Shown here piece by piece: positions 30,269-39,707 of a stretch of 64,000 nt of DNA. Made by a program: the position numbers and the translations under genes. The stretch's first letter is position 1, and every line of letters begins with the position of its first letter. Source of the DNA: an uncultured Clostridium sp. (GTDB lineage: Bacteria > Bacillota > Clostridia > TANB77 > CAG-508); NCBI GenBank assembly GCA_945946655.1, contig CAMEWM010000004.1:1809-65808 (forward strand), read 5' to 3'. Below the pieces are notes generated by a model. The model was not told where the DNA came from and searched no databases. It saw only the letters and a list, made by a program, of their open reading frames with translations.

Positions 30269-31270
30269 ATGAAAAAATCAACAATCAAATTAGTAGCATT
30301 TGGAATGTTGGTATTAATGCTACTATCAATTTTCACAGTGCCAGTTAAGGCAGAAACTTATGAGAAAGTCGTATTAAAAAAAGCAAACAAAGAATTCTTA
30401 ATATATTATAAAGATATTTGTAATGATGAATTTGAGTTCGCTTTTTCTTTGGATAAGAGCCAACCAACAGACGACTTGTTTACAAGATCAGCTAAAGACC
30501 AAGCAGATGAGGGTGCTTTAGATGTAGCTTATATAGACGCAACATTGTATGACACATATTTTGCTACAAACAAAGCTTACATCTGGATAAGAGATAACAA
30601 CGATCAAATGGTTGTTTCAGCAGACTTAGTTGATTTAACAGATGCTCTAAATGATGGAATGATAGAGCTAGTTAACAATACTACAAAAAGGATTGATGTA
30701 GATACTACACAAACTCATGAAACACATGAGATAGTTGACGGAGTAGATACAACAATAACAACAGGTAAAGTAGTAGTTGATGAAAAGAGTGGAGCTAAAT
30801 ATTCATATACTTTAACAAGATTAACTGATACTACTACAAAAGCTAACAAATTATTTGAATTAGCAGAAGCATTAAAAGAGGATATAAGTGACACGTATAC
30901 AAACTTAAGCTTAAGTAAACAATTCTATGACTTATATATGGAGTTAATGCCAACAGATTCTGAATGGACAGAAGTAGAAAATTCAGAAATATTACAACCA
31001 GACAATACTGTTGAAGGAGATAAATACATAGTATATCTTAAAGAAGAAACAGCTGACAGTACAACAGTAGATGCAAAATTCTTAACATGTGTATACAAAG
31101 CAGATGAAGGCGTTGACCAGAAAGAAGAAACTATTACAGAAACTGTAAAATTACCAGTTACATTTGATAGTGGAACAATTTTGTTTATCATATTAGGAAT
31201 TATAGTTTTAGCTTTAGTTATATTTGCAATAATTAGAGTAAAAGCAAATAAAAAAGACGAGAACAAATAA
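30269..31270 (+). CDS. Secreted surface protein with sorting-signal-like C-terminus (LPVTF - hydrophobic helix - basic tail)
   Basis: Signal peptide MKKSTIKLVAFGMLVLMLLSIFTVPVKA. The C-terminus is KLPVTFDSG-TILFIILGIIVLALVIFAII-RVKANKKDENK. SD aaagggg upstream. A sortase gene starts 2 nt after its stop. Confidence 0.6.
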   Translation: MKKSTIKLVAFGMLVLMLLSIFTVPVKAETYEKVVLKKANKEFLIYYKDICNDEFEFAFSLDKSQPTDDLFTRSAKDQADEGALDVAYIDATLYDTYFATNKAYIWIRDNNDQMVVSADLVDLTDALNDGMIELVNNTTKRIDVDTTQTHETHEIVDGVDTTITTGKVVVDEKSGAKYSYTLTRLTDTTTKANKLFELAEALKEDISDTYTNLSLSKQFYDLYMELMPTDSEWTEVENSEILQPDNTVEGDKYIVYLKEETADSTTVDAKFLTCVYKADEGVDQKEETITETVKLPVTFDSGTILFIILGIIVLALVIFAIIRVKANKKDENK

Positions 31271-31272
31271 TT

Positions 31273-31863
31273 ATGAAAGAGAAAATTTACAATTTTATAA
31301 TTCTTGTTTTAGTTATTGCACTAATAGTAGTACTTGCTATGATAATCATAAAATATGGTGGCAATTACAAAAATGAAAAAGAAGTATCAGCAACATTAAC
31401 TACATTAGAGCAAGAACTTGAAAATAGATCTTCAGAAGATGAAGAGGAAATACTAGATGTAGAATATAAAGGGTATAAAATAGAAGGAATTATTGAAATT
31501 CCGAAGATTAATATCAAATATCCGATAATAAATCAAACTAACGAAGAAACAATGAAACTATCTGTTACAAAGTTCTGGGGACCACAAGCAAACGAGATTG
31601 GAAACTATACGATAGCAGGACATAATAATAGAGATGGAACAATGTTTGGAAAAACTAAATATTTACAAATTGGGGACATTATAAAATTAACCAATTTAAA
31701 AAACGAAACAATAGAATACACAGTTTTTAAAATCTATTCAATAGATCCAGACGACGTATCATGTGTGGAAAGTGTAGAACCGGGAACACGTGAAATAACT
31801 TTAATAACATGCACAAATGGACACAAGAATAGATTAGTAACTAAAGCAAGGCAAAATATATAG
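31273..31863 (+). CDS. Sortase (small, class D/C-like)
   Basis: 196 aa with an N-terminal TM. Catalytic His context YTIAGHNNRDGTMFG, Cys in ITLITCT and conserved Arg in KNRLV. Confidence 0.85.
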   Translation: MKEKIYNFIILVLVIALIVVLAMIIIKYGGNYKNEKEVSATLTTLEQELENRSSEDEEEILDVEYKGYKIEGIIEIPKINIKYPIINQTNEETMKLSVTKFWGPQANEIGNYTIAGHNNRDGTMFGKTKYLQIGDIIKLTNLKNETIEYTVFKIYSIDPDDVSCVESVEPGTREITLITCTNGHKNRLVTKARQNI

Positions 31864-31872
31864 TTTATTAAT

Positions 31873-34800
31873 ATGGGGGTAAAAAAATTGAAAGCGAAGA
31901 TTAATTATAAGAGTAGGAAAACCATTATAATTATAGCTATAGCAGTAATCTTAGTAATAGCAGCAATCGCAGGTACAGTTGCATTCATAAAAGGTAACAA
32001 TAATGCAGCCGCTGCAATGCCAGAAGACGAGCAAACAACAATAGGAGATGCTCAAAATAATAATGGTGGAGATGCTAATCAAAATGGTGGAAATCCTAGT
32101 GAAAATCCTAGCGATAATCCACAAACTGAATTACCAGCAGTAGATGCTAATAATGATGGAACAACTACTGCAGGAAATGATGGTACCGTAACAGGAAATA
32201 ATGGTACTACAGGTACTACAAATGGTGGTACTACAACAAATGGAAATGGAACAGGAACAACTGCAGGTACAACAACAGGTACAGCAGGAACAGGTGCTAC
32301 AGTTCCAAACCAAGACTATACACAAACAACAACAGTAATAACAGAAAATCCTTGGGAAACAAAAACAATAGGATGGAGTCCTTTAAGCATATCAGCTTAC
32401 ACAGCTGCTGCTAATTTAGGAATAAACAAACCAGAATTATCAACTGAAAAATTAGCTTATGTACAAGGAGATTCTCTAACAGAAGCACCTGTACATACAG
32501 CAATTCAAAAGGGTGAAGTAATTACATATGTAATAAAAGTTACAAACAAAGGTAACTTAGATGCTACAAGCATTCGTACAATAGATACAGTACCAGAAGG
32601 TACAGAACTAGTAGAAGGTTCTATTACAGCAAATGGAACTGAAAGTAATGGAAAAATAACTTGGAAAACAGACATAAAAGCAGGAAAACCTGTAGAACTA
32701 TCATTCCAAGTAAAAGTTGTTGCAGATTCAATAGATATTATTGAAAACACTGCAAAAGTAAATGGAACAGAAACACCTACAACACAAAATCCAATTATAA
32801 CAAGTGCCAAACAAGCAAGTGTTGTAATATTAAAAGATGGGGAAGAAGCTCTAGAAGATAGAGATGCAAAAGTTGGAGAAACAATTAGATATACAATAAC
32901 AGCAATAAATAAATCAGAAGTTGATGGTACAACAAGTATAACAGATAAAGCACCAGAAGGAACAACTTATGTAAAAAAGTCTGCAAGTGAAGGTGCAGTA
33001 GTTGCAGATGATGGCACAATCACATGGGAAAAAGTAACAGTACCAGCAGGAAAAGAAGCTACAGTAAGCTTTGACGTAACAGTAAATCAAGATACAAAAA
33101 CAAGCGTAACAAATATTGCAGTTGTTGGAGATACAGAAACACCAGAAACAAAAACAAAAGTAGCCAATATAACAACAACAAAATCAAGTGTAGGAATAAG
33201 AAATGGACAACAATTAGAGCAAGGTGCAACATTACATGAATTTGATGTAATAGAATATACATTAACAGCTACAAATAGCGGAAACGGTGAAGGTTCAGTT
33301 GTTATATCAGATAAAGTACCAGAAGGAACAACACTAGTACCAGGAAGCATAAAATTAGATGGAACAGGCTCATATGATGAGGACGATTTAAATAATGGAA
33401 TAACAGTATTAGTAGCAACAACACCAAGAAGAGTAACATTCAAAGTAACAGTAAACAAATTAACTGAGGCTGAAGTGCACATCAAAAATGAAGTTGCAAA
33501 ACAAGATGGCACAACTATAACGCCAGGTACAGACGATAAAGTAGAGAAAGAATATGTTACAGTAACAGCAAACAAAGACTTTGTTGATAACAATGGCGTA
33601 GATGGCAAGAGACCTGCTAGCGTAGAGCTAGAACTATATGCAGATGGCAAGACAACAGGCAAAACAGCTACAACAGATGCTAACTGGAAAGTTGAATTTA
33701 CTCAATTAGACAAATATACAGAAGCTGGAAAATTAATAAAATATTCTGTAAAAGAAAATAATGTAAATGAATATTATAAAGATACTTACAGTACTCCAGA
33801 AGTTGAAGGAAACCATACAACAATTAAGGTTACAAATACATTGAAATATGAAATGATAACGAGATCTGTAGAAGCAACAAAAGTATGGGATGATGGAGAC
33901 AATAAAGCAGGAGTAAGACCTGATAGTGTAGAATTTGAATTATATGCAGATAATGCTACAACAAACAAGACACAAACAGTAAGTAAAGTTGAAGATAGCA
34001 ATGAATGGAAGACAACATTTGAAGGCGTAAATAAATACACATCAGCTGGAAAAGAAATAGTATATTCTGTAAAAGAAACAACAACACCAGCACACTATAA
34101 TAAACAAGAAAATGGTTTAACAGTAACAAACAAAATTGATTATACATCAATACCAACTAAAGAAACTGCAACTAAGAGTTGGGATGATGCAGACAATGCA
34201 AATAGACCTTCTGAAGTAGTAATTGGAGCATATAATGGAAGTGAAACTCCAGTTAAAACTGCAAAAGCAAATGCTGGAAATAACTGGACAGCAACATTTG
34301 AAGGACTACAAAAATATACAGCTGAAGGTAAAAAAATAGAATATACATTTAAAGAAGTAACAGTTCCAGAGGGATATGTTGCAACAGTAAAAGATAATGT
34401 TATAACAAATGCTTTACCAAGAATTGAAGTTACAAAAACAGTAAAATCAATAAATGGTGAAGATGCAACAACAGTAAATAGTAGTACTGTAAAAGAAAAT
34501 GATATTATAGAATATCAAATAACAGTAAAAAATACTGGTTCAGTTACAGTAAATAATATTACAGTAACAGAAAGCCTAAATGTATATTTAGACGCAAATA
34601 AACCAGATGAGAAGACAACATCGGTTGGAACAATTTCAGAATTAAAAGCAAATGAACCTCAATCATTCACAGTTTACTATAAAGTAGTTGCTGAAGATGT
34701 AGATAATGTTAATGAAAACTTAGTAAACGTTGCAACAGCAACAGGTAAATATACTGATGGAAACGGCAACGAAAAAGATGTAACAGGTGAAGGTAGAATA

Positions 34801-37800
34801 TCAGTTACTCCAACAGAAATAAATGACTTAAGTATTACAAAATCTCAAAAAGTAAATGGAGAAGACGTAACAGATAATACAGAGGTAGTACCAGGAAATG
34901 TAATTACTTATACAATAATAGTAAAGAATACAGGAAACACAGTATTAAACAATGTAGAAGTAACAGATTCAATGTTAACAAATTCTAACTTTGTATTAAC
35001 AGATAATGGTGGATTTACATTAGAAAATGGAAAATTAAAAATTGCTTCATTAGCTCTTAATGAAACAAAAACAATAACTGCAAAATATACAGTACAAGAA
35101 TCTGATATGAGTACAACAGTAGGAACAATAGCTAATACAGCTACTGCAAAATCAGATAAAGCACCAGAAGAGTCTTCAGAGGTTGAAGTACCAACAGAAG
35201 CTTGGTATGCAGATATTTCTACTACAAAAAGAAGTGATGGAACACATGCAGATGGTACAGCTGTAAGTGCAGCTAGCCCATTACATGAGTTAGATACAAT
35301 CACATATACATTAACTGCAACAAATAATGGTACAGATGATGGAACAGTTAAATTATCAGATACAGTTCCAACTGGAACAACACTAGTAGCAAACAGCATT
35401 AGACTAGAAGGTGTAGACACTCCATATACAGAAACACAATTAAATAATGGAATAGAAGTACATTTAAATGCTGGAGAAAATAAGAAATTAACATTTAGTG
35501 TAACAATCAATCCATTTGAAACAGAAACTATAAATATTGTAAATGATACTGCTACACAAGATGGAACACCAATATCAGGAACAACTGATACAGTAGTAAA
35601 AGAATATACTAGTGTTACAGTAAACAAAACTTGGGTTGATAATGCAACACAAGCACAAAGAAGACCTGACAAAATAAGATTTGAATTATATGCAGATAAT
35701 AATGAGCCAATGCTTTACTACGATATGAGCAAAACAGAAAGTTCATATACTTTTGATAAGTTATCAAAATATAATTCAGATGGAACAACTATAACATATA
35801 CAATTCAGGAAAAAGAAATTAATACAGGAGACTTAAAATTCTACACATCAGTAGTAGGTAATCCTACTGTAGATGCTAATGGTAAGACATATAATGTTAC
35901 AAATACATTTACAGTACCACAAGTTACAAAAAATGTACCAGTTATAAAAGTATGGGACGATAACAATAATGCTGCAGGTAAGAGACCTGATTCTGTAACA
36001 ATAGAATTAAATGGAGAACCTGTAGAATTAACAGCAAGCAATGCAAGTAATGCAGACGGAAATAAATGGTCTAAAATACTAGAAAAACCTGTATATAACG
36101 AAAATGGAAAAGAAATTATTTACACATTAACAGAAAATAATGTACCACAATGGTATGAAGAATCAGTAAATAATGATCAATATAAAGTAACAAATACATT
36201 TAAGGCTCCAACAGATCAAACATATGGCATAACTATAATAAAGGTTTGGGACGATAAAGGAAATGTAGCAGGTAAGAGACCAACAAGCATTAAATTAACA
36301 TTAAACAAAATTGATGTAGCTGGAAATACTGTAAAAGTTGAAGATTTAACTCTAACAGGAAATTCTAAAGCAGAACAATGGACAGCAACAGAAAATGTTC
36401 AAAAATATGATGAAAAAGCAAATGAAATTAAATATTTTGTAACAGAAGAAAGTACAGGTTCAATGTTCTATGTAAATACTGATACAGATACAACAGACTT
36501 AACAGTAACAAATAAATTTGTTGTTCCAAATGACAAGGCAGAGCTAACAGTAAGAAAAATATGGAATGATAATAATAACACATCAAAGAGAACCCCAGTA
36601 ACAATTAGAGTTACAGGAAATGGCAAATCAGAAGATGTGACATTAACAAGTAACAATGCAAATGCTAATAATGGAAACGTTTGGGAGAGAACTGTTACAG
36701 CTACTACATTACCAAAATATGATAATTTAGGAGAAATAATAAATTACAGCTATGATGAAGTAACTGTTCCAACAGGATACATTAGAACAGTAAAAGGAAA
36801 TGAGATAACAAACTCATTACCAGGAATAAAAGTTACAAAAACAGTTGAAAAAGTAAATGACCAAAGTATGAATGGAGTTAACCAAATAACTGTAAAAGAA
36901 AATGATGTTATAGAATACCTAATAACAGTAGAAAATCTTGGAACAGTTGAGTTAACAAATGTAAATATAACTGACAATTTAGATGTATACACAGATACAA
37001 CAAAACCAGAAACTACAACAAAAACATTATTAACTAATGGAAAATTAGCTGTAGGAGAACCAAAAACATACACTGTATATTATAAAGTTAGTGCAAATGA
37101 TGTAAAAGTTGGAGGTCAAACTTTAACAAATACAGCAACTGCAACAGGAAACTATACAGACTCAAATGAAAAACCACAAACAATAACAGGTACTGACTCT
37201 GCAGATGTTACAATAGCAGATGCACCAGGAGTTAGCATTGTAAAATCTCAAAAGGTAAATGGAAAAGAAGTAACAACTAATACAAAGGTAGTACCAGGTG
37301 ATGTGATTACTTATACAATTACAGTAACCAACACTGGAAATATAGTATTAAATAATGTAACAGTAACAGATTCAATGACAGGAAAAGAAGGATTTACAAT
37401 TACAAGTGGAAGCCTAAATATTGGAACACTAGGAATTGCTCCTAACAATGTTGTGACAATAACAGCAACATATACAGTAAAAGAATCTGACATGCAAGAG
37501 AAAGAAAGCAAAATTGCAAATACAGCAACTGTTAAGACATCTTCAACACCAGATGGTTCTTCAACAGTTGAGGTACCAACAGAAGCTTGGTATGCAGATA
37601 TAAATGTTACAAAATCTAGTAAATTAATCAAGAATAAAACGCTTGGAAATAAAATAGCTGGTAAAGCTGAATATGGCGATACAATTAAATATACAATAAC
37701 AGCAACAAATAGCGGTAAAAAAGCTGGAACAGTTGTTGTAAAAGATACAGCACCAGAAGGAACAACACCAGTAGAAAGTGATATTTATACAGCTATATCA

Positions 37801-38895
37801 TCAGAAAATGGATACTCATTAGATGTACCAGCAAAAGGAACAGCATCAGTAAGCTTTGATGTAACTGTTACATCAAAACCAACAACTACAATTACAAATA
37901 CTGCAAAAGTAGATGGAAATCCAGTAACAGATCCAGAAACGCACCAAGTTGAAAAATCAGTTTCAGTTAAGATGACACCACAGATTCCAACGATTAAAAA
38001 CAGTAATGTTGTAATAGTACTAGACATTTCAGGAAGTATGAATAATACACCAGAGGGAAATCCAACATGGTATTCAACGGAAACTCGTTTATATGCTGCT
38101 AAACAAGCATGTAATAGCTTTATAGATGCCATGTTCAAAGATGATGCAACAGGATGCAAGGTTTCAGTAGTAACATTTAGTTCGGGTACAAGATGGGGAC
38201 AATATGTTGACAATGCAGAGACAATAGGTACAGCAACAAGTAGTACTGAAGCAACAACTTTAAAGAATAAAATTAGTAGATTAAGTGCAAATGGTGGAAC
38301 ACGTATTGCTGCAGGTATAAATCAAGCAAATACAGAAATAAACAAATTAGCAGAAAATAATAATAATAAGAATATTGTTATAGTATTAAGTGATGGTGAC
38401 TTTACGATTGGTAGCGATAAAGATGGAACTATCATAAATAGTGGTAACGAAACAAAGACAAGAGTAGAAACAGCTTCAACAAATTTGAAAAATAGTGCTT
38501 GTAAGCCAACAGTATATGCAGTAGCATTTGCTTCAAGCCAATCTGGACTAATGCAAAACACAATAGCATCAGATGCTAATAATACATTTAAAACAGCTAG
38601 TAATTATTCAACCTTATTAAAAATATTTAATGAAATAGGTTCAGAGCTAGGCGAAGATGAAATACAAGATGTAGCATCAGTAAATGGATTAATAGAATTA
38701 CCTGGATTAGATGCAAGTGAAGACGTAACAATAAAACTAAATGGAGATACAACTGGAACAACAGGCAAAGTTTCAGCATTTGTAGATAAGATTGTACAAA
38801 ATCAAGATACTGGAGTATACTATTTAGACACAACTCAATTTGATGCTGACGCAAAAATTGAAATAGAATATTTCGAAGTTCAATCACAAAGCTAA
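31873..38895 (+). CDS. Giant (2340 aa) surface adhesin: N-terminal TM/signal, G/T/N-rich linker, multiple DUF11-type and Cna-B-type Ig-like domains, C-terminal VWA domain
   Basis: DUF11-like blocks (VITYTIIVKNTGN..., YTLTATNSGN...), Cna-B-like blocks (KVWDDxxNxAGxRPDSVxxELY...), and a VWA MIDAS VVIVLDISGSM at 38023-38037. There is no LPXTG-type C-terminus. The alternative start is TTG at 31888. Confidence 0.85.
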   Translation: MGVKKLKAKINYKSRKTIIIIAIAVILVIAAIAGTVAFIKGNNNAAAAMPEDEQTTIGDAQNNNGGDANQNGGNPSENPSDNPQTELPAVDANNDGTTTAGNDGTVTGNNGTTGTTNGGTTTNGNGTGTTAGTTTGTAGTGATVPNQDYTQTTTVITENPWETKTIGWSPLSISAYTAAANLGINKPELSTEKLAYVQGDSLTEAPVHTAIQKGEVITYVIKVTNKGNLDATSIRTIDTVPEGTELVEGSITANGTESNGKITWKTDIKAGKPVELSFQVKVVADSIDIIENTAKVNGTETPTTQNPIITSAKQASVVILKDGEEALEDRDAKVGETIRYTITAINKSEVDGTTSITDKAPEGTTYVKKSASEGAVVADDGTITWEKVTVPAGKEATVSFDVTVNQDTKTSVTNIAVVGDTETPETKTKVANITTTKSSVGIRNGQQLEQGATLHEFDVIEYTLTATNSGNGEGSVVISDKVPEGTTLVPGSIKLDGTGSYDEDDLNNGITVLVATTPRRVTFKVTVNKLTEAEVHIKNEVAKQDGTTITPGTDDKVEKEYVTVTANKDFVDNNGVDGKRPASVELELYADGKTTGKTATTDANWKVEFTQLDKYTEAGKLIKYSVKENNVNEYYKDTYSTPEVEGNHTTIKVTNTLKYEMITRSVEATKVWDDGDNKAGVRPDSVEFELYADNATTNKTQTVSKVEDSNEWKTTFEGVNKYTSAGKEIVYSVKETTTPAHYNKQENGLTVTNKIDYTSIPTKETATKSWDDADNANRPSEVVIGAYNGSETPVKTAKANAGNNWTATFEGLQKYTAEGKKIEYTFKEVTVPEGYVATVKDNVITNALPRIEVTKTVKSINGEDATTVNSSTVKENDIIEYQITVKNTGSVTVNNITVTESLNVYLDANKPDEKTTSVGTISELKANEPQSFTVYYKVVAEDVDNVNENLVNVATATGKYTDGNGNEKDVTGEGRISVTPTEINDLSITKSQKVNGEDVTDNTEVVPGNVITYTIIVKNTGNTVLNNVEVTDSMLTNSNFVLTDNGGFTLENGKLKIASLALNETKTITAKYTVQESDMSTTVGTIANTATAKSDKAPEESSEVEVPTEAWYADISTTKRSDGTHADGTAVSAASPLHELDTITYTLTATNNGTDDGTVKLSDTVPTGTTLVANSIRLEGVDTPYTETQLNNGIEVHLNAGENKKLTFSVTINPFETETINIVNDTATQDGTPISGTTDTVVKEYTSVTVNKTWVDNATQAQRRPDKIRFELYADNNEPMLYYDMSKTESSYTFDKLSKYNSDGTTITYTIQEKEINTGDLKFYTSVVGNPTVDANGKTYNVTNTFTVPQVTKNVPVIKVWDDNNNAAGKRPDSVTIELNGEPVELTASNASNADGNKWSKILEKPVYNENGKEIIYTLTENNVPQWYEESVNNDQYKVTNTFKAPTDQTYGITIIKVWDDKGNVAGKRPTSIKLTLNKIDVAGNTVKVEDLTLTGNSKAEQWTATENVQKYDEKANEIKYFVTEESTGSMFYVNTDTDTTDLTVTNKFVVPNDKAELTVRKIWNDNNNTSKRTPVTIRVTGNGKSEDVTLTSNNANANNGNVWERTVTATTLPKYDNLGEIINYSYDEVTVPTGYIRTVKGNEITNSLPGIKVTKTVEKVNDQSMNGVNQITVKENDVIEYLITVENLGTVELTNVNITDNLDVYTDTTKPETTTKTLLTNGKLAVGEPKTYTVYYKVSANDVKVGGQTLTNTATATGNYTDSNEKPQTITGTDSADVTIADAPGVSIVKSQKVNGKEVTTNTKVVPGDVITYTITVTNTGNIVLNNVTVTDSMTGKEGFTITSGSLNIGTLGIAPNNVVTITATYTVKESDMQEKESKIANTATVKTSSTPDGSSTVEVPTEAWYADINVTKSSKLIKNKTLGNKIAGKAEYGDTIKYTITATNSGKKAGTVVVKDTAPEGTTPVESDIYTAISSENGYSLDVPAKGTASVSFDVTVTSKPTTTITNTAKVDGNPVTDPETHQVEKSVSVKMTPQIPTIKNSNVVIVLDISGSMNNTPEGNPTWYSTETRLYAAKQACNSFIDAMFKDDATGCKVSVVTFSSGTRWGQYVDNAETIGTATSSTEATTLKNKISRLSANGGTRIAAGINQANTEINKLAENNNNKNIVIVLSDGDFTIGSDKDGTIINSGNETKTRVETASTNLKNSACKPTVYAVAFASSQSGLMQNTIASDANNTFKTASNYSTLLKIFNEIGSELGEDEIQDVASVNGLIELPGLDASEDVTIKLNGDTTGTTGKVSAFVDKIVQNQDTGVYYLDTTQFDADAKIEIEYFEVQSQS
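34408..35235 (+). repeat. Intragenic super-repeat copy 1 inside the giant adhesin gene (two DUF11-type domains)
   Basis: Protein segment NALPRIEVTKTV...EVPTEAWYADISTTK parallels NSLPGIKVTKTV...EVPTEAWYADINVTK. A 28-nt identical DNA core gtaccaacagaagcttggtatgcagata lies at 35188-35215. Confidence 0.8.
36811..37625 (+). repeat. Intragenic super-repeat copy 2 inside the giant adhesin gene
   Basis: Parallel to copy 1 throughout. The 28-nt identical core lies at 37573-37600. Confidence 0.8.
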
Positions 38896-38906
38896 AAATA
38901 TAAAAA

Positions 38907-38937
38907 AATATGAGCTAGAAATAGCTCATATTTTTTT
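38907..38937 (+). terminator. Rho-independent terminator after the giant adhesin gene
   Basis: Stem aatatgagcta/tagctcatatt with loop gaaa, followed by T7. Confidence 0.8.
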
Positions 38938-38953
38938 AACAGAAATCATAAAT

Positions 38954-38988
38954 AAAACATGATAGAAATCAACATCTATCATGTTTTT
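38954..38988 (-). terminator. Terminator after the 169-aa minus-strand gene
   Basis: Stem aaaacatgataga/tctatcatgtttt. Confidence 0.65.
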
Positions 38989-38997
38989 ACGTTATGT

Positions 38998-39507
38998 TTA
39001 TTCAATAGAAATTTTATAATCTTTAACTTCTGATAAATCACTGGTGCATAATACTCTATACGTTGTCTCAGAATTTGCAGTTATTTCTGGAATAGTTAAA
39101 GGCATTCCAAAAATTATATTACCTTCTGAATCAAGAGCATAGAAGTGAGCCTTAGTTTCCTTAGAAGTTGTATCAGATGAGTTCCTAAAATGGATTTCTA
39201 TTATAGAAGAATCCTTGTTAGAAGTAGAAATATTTATGCCAGTAATACTTATTGATTCTAAGCCTTCTACATTTTTTGTATCTGAGATACTATTAGAAGA
39301 AACAGGCTTAAATTCAGAATCATCTGATTTTTGCTTAGCAATAGAAGCTGGAACATACCTATAAGCTACATATACTAAGACTGATAAAATTAGAATAATT
39401 AAAAATACAATAAAGAACTTTTTAAAATTAAATCGTTTTTCTTCTTTAAATCTTTTACTTGTAGATTTATGAGAATGATTATCTACCATTCTTTTACCTT
39501 TTGCCAT
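38998..39507 (-). CDS. Hypothetical N-terminally membrane-anchored protein
   Basis: 169 aa with a basic N-terminus, one TM (FFIVFLIILILSVLVYVAY) and a beta-rich ectodomain. SD ggggag upstream and a terminator downstream. Confidence 0.5.
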   Translation of the reverse strand: MAKGKRMVDNHSHKSTSKRFKEEKRFNFKKFFIVFLIILILSVLVYVAYRYVPASIAKQKSDDSEFKPVSSNSISDTKNVEGLESISITGINISTSNKDSSIIEIHFRNSSDTTSKETKAHFYALDSEGNIIFGMPLTIPEITANSETTYRVLCTSDLSEVKDYKISIE

Positions 39508-39615
39508 TTTTATCTCCCCTTTTCACAAATTATATAATACGATAAAAAAAGTTATATGTCAAGAAATAAGAACTATAATATAGATACAAAAGTGTGAGGC
39601 ACAACATTAAAATAT

Positions 39616-39663
39616 TTGCAAAAATGTGATTAAAACTATAAAAATGCTTGCAAAAATGTGATT
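39616..39663 (+). repeat. Direct repeat of 16 nt (ttgcaaaaatgtgatt) 32 nt apart, each providing a TTGCAA -35-like hexamer
   Basis: Copies at 39616-39631 and 39648-39663 were read directly. Confidence 0.8.
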
Positions 39664-39675
39664 TTATAGTATAAT
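39648..39675 (+). promoter_or_regulatory. Sigma-A-type promoter candidate for the AAA+ ATPase gene
   Basis: TTGCAA (39648-53), a 16-nt spacer, then TATAAT (39670-75), 33 nt upstream of the ATG. Confidence 0.45.
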
Positions 39676-39707
39676 TAATATAGGATTGAATATTCTAGTA
39701 TAAGGAG

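Noticed and set aside
32505-38213. Numerous long minus-strand ORFs inside the giant adhesin gene (for example 33087-33662, 34908-35672, 37785-38213)
   Set aside because: All are antisense to a 7-kb ORF with clear domain content. The sense strand is dominated by ACA/GTA/AAT/GGA-type codons whose complements rarely give stops. Their translations are low-complexity S/V/F/T strings with no SD or family resemblance.
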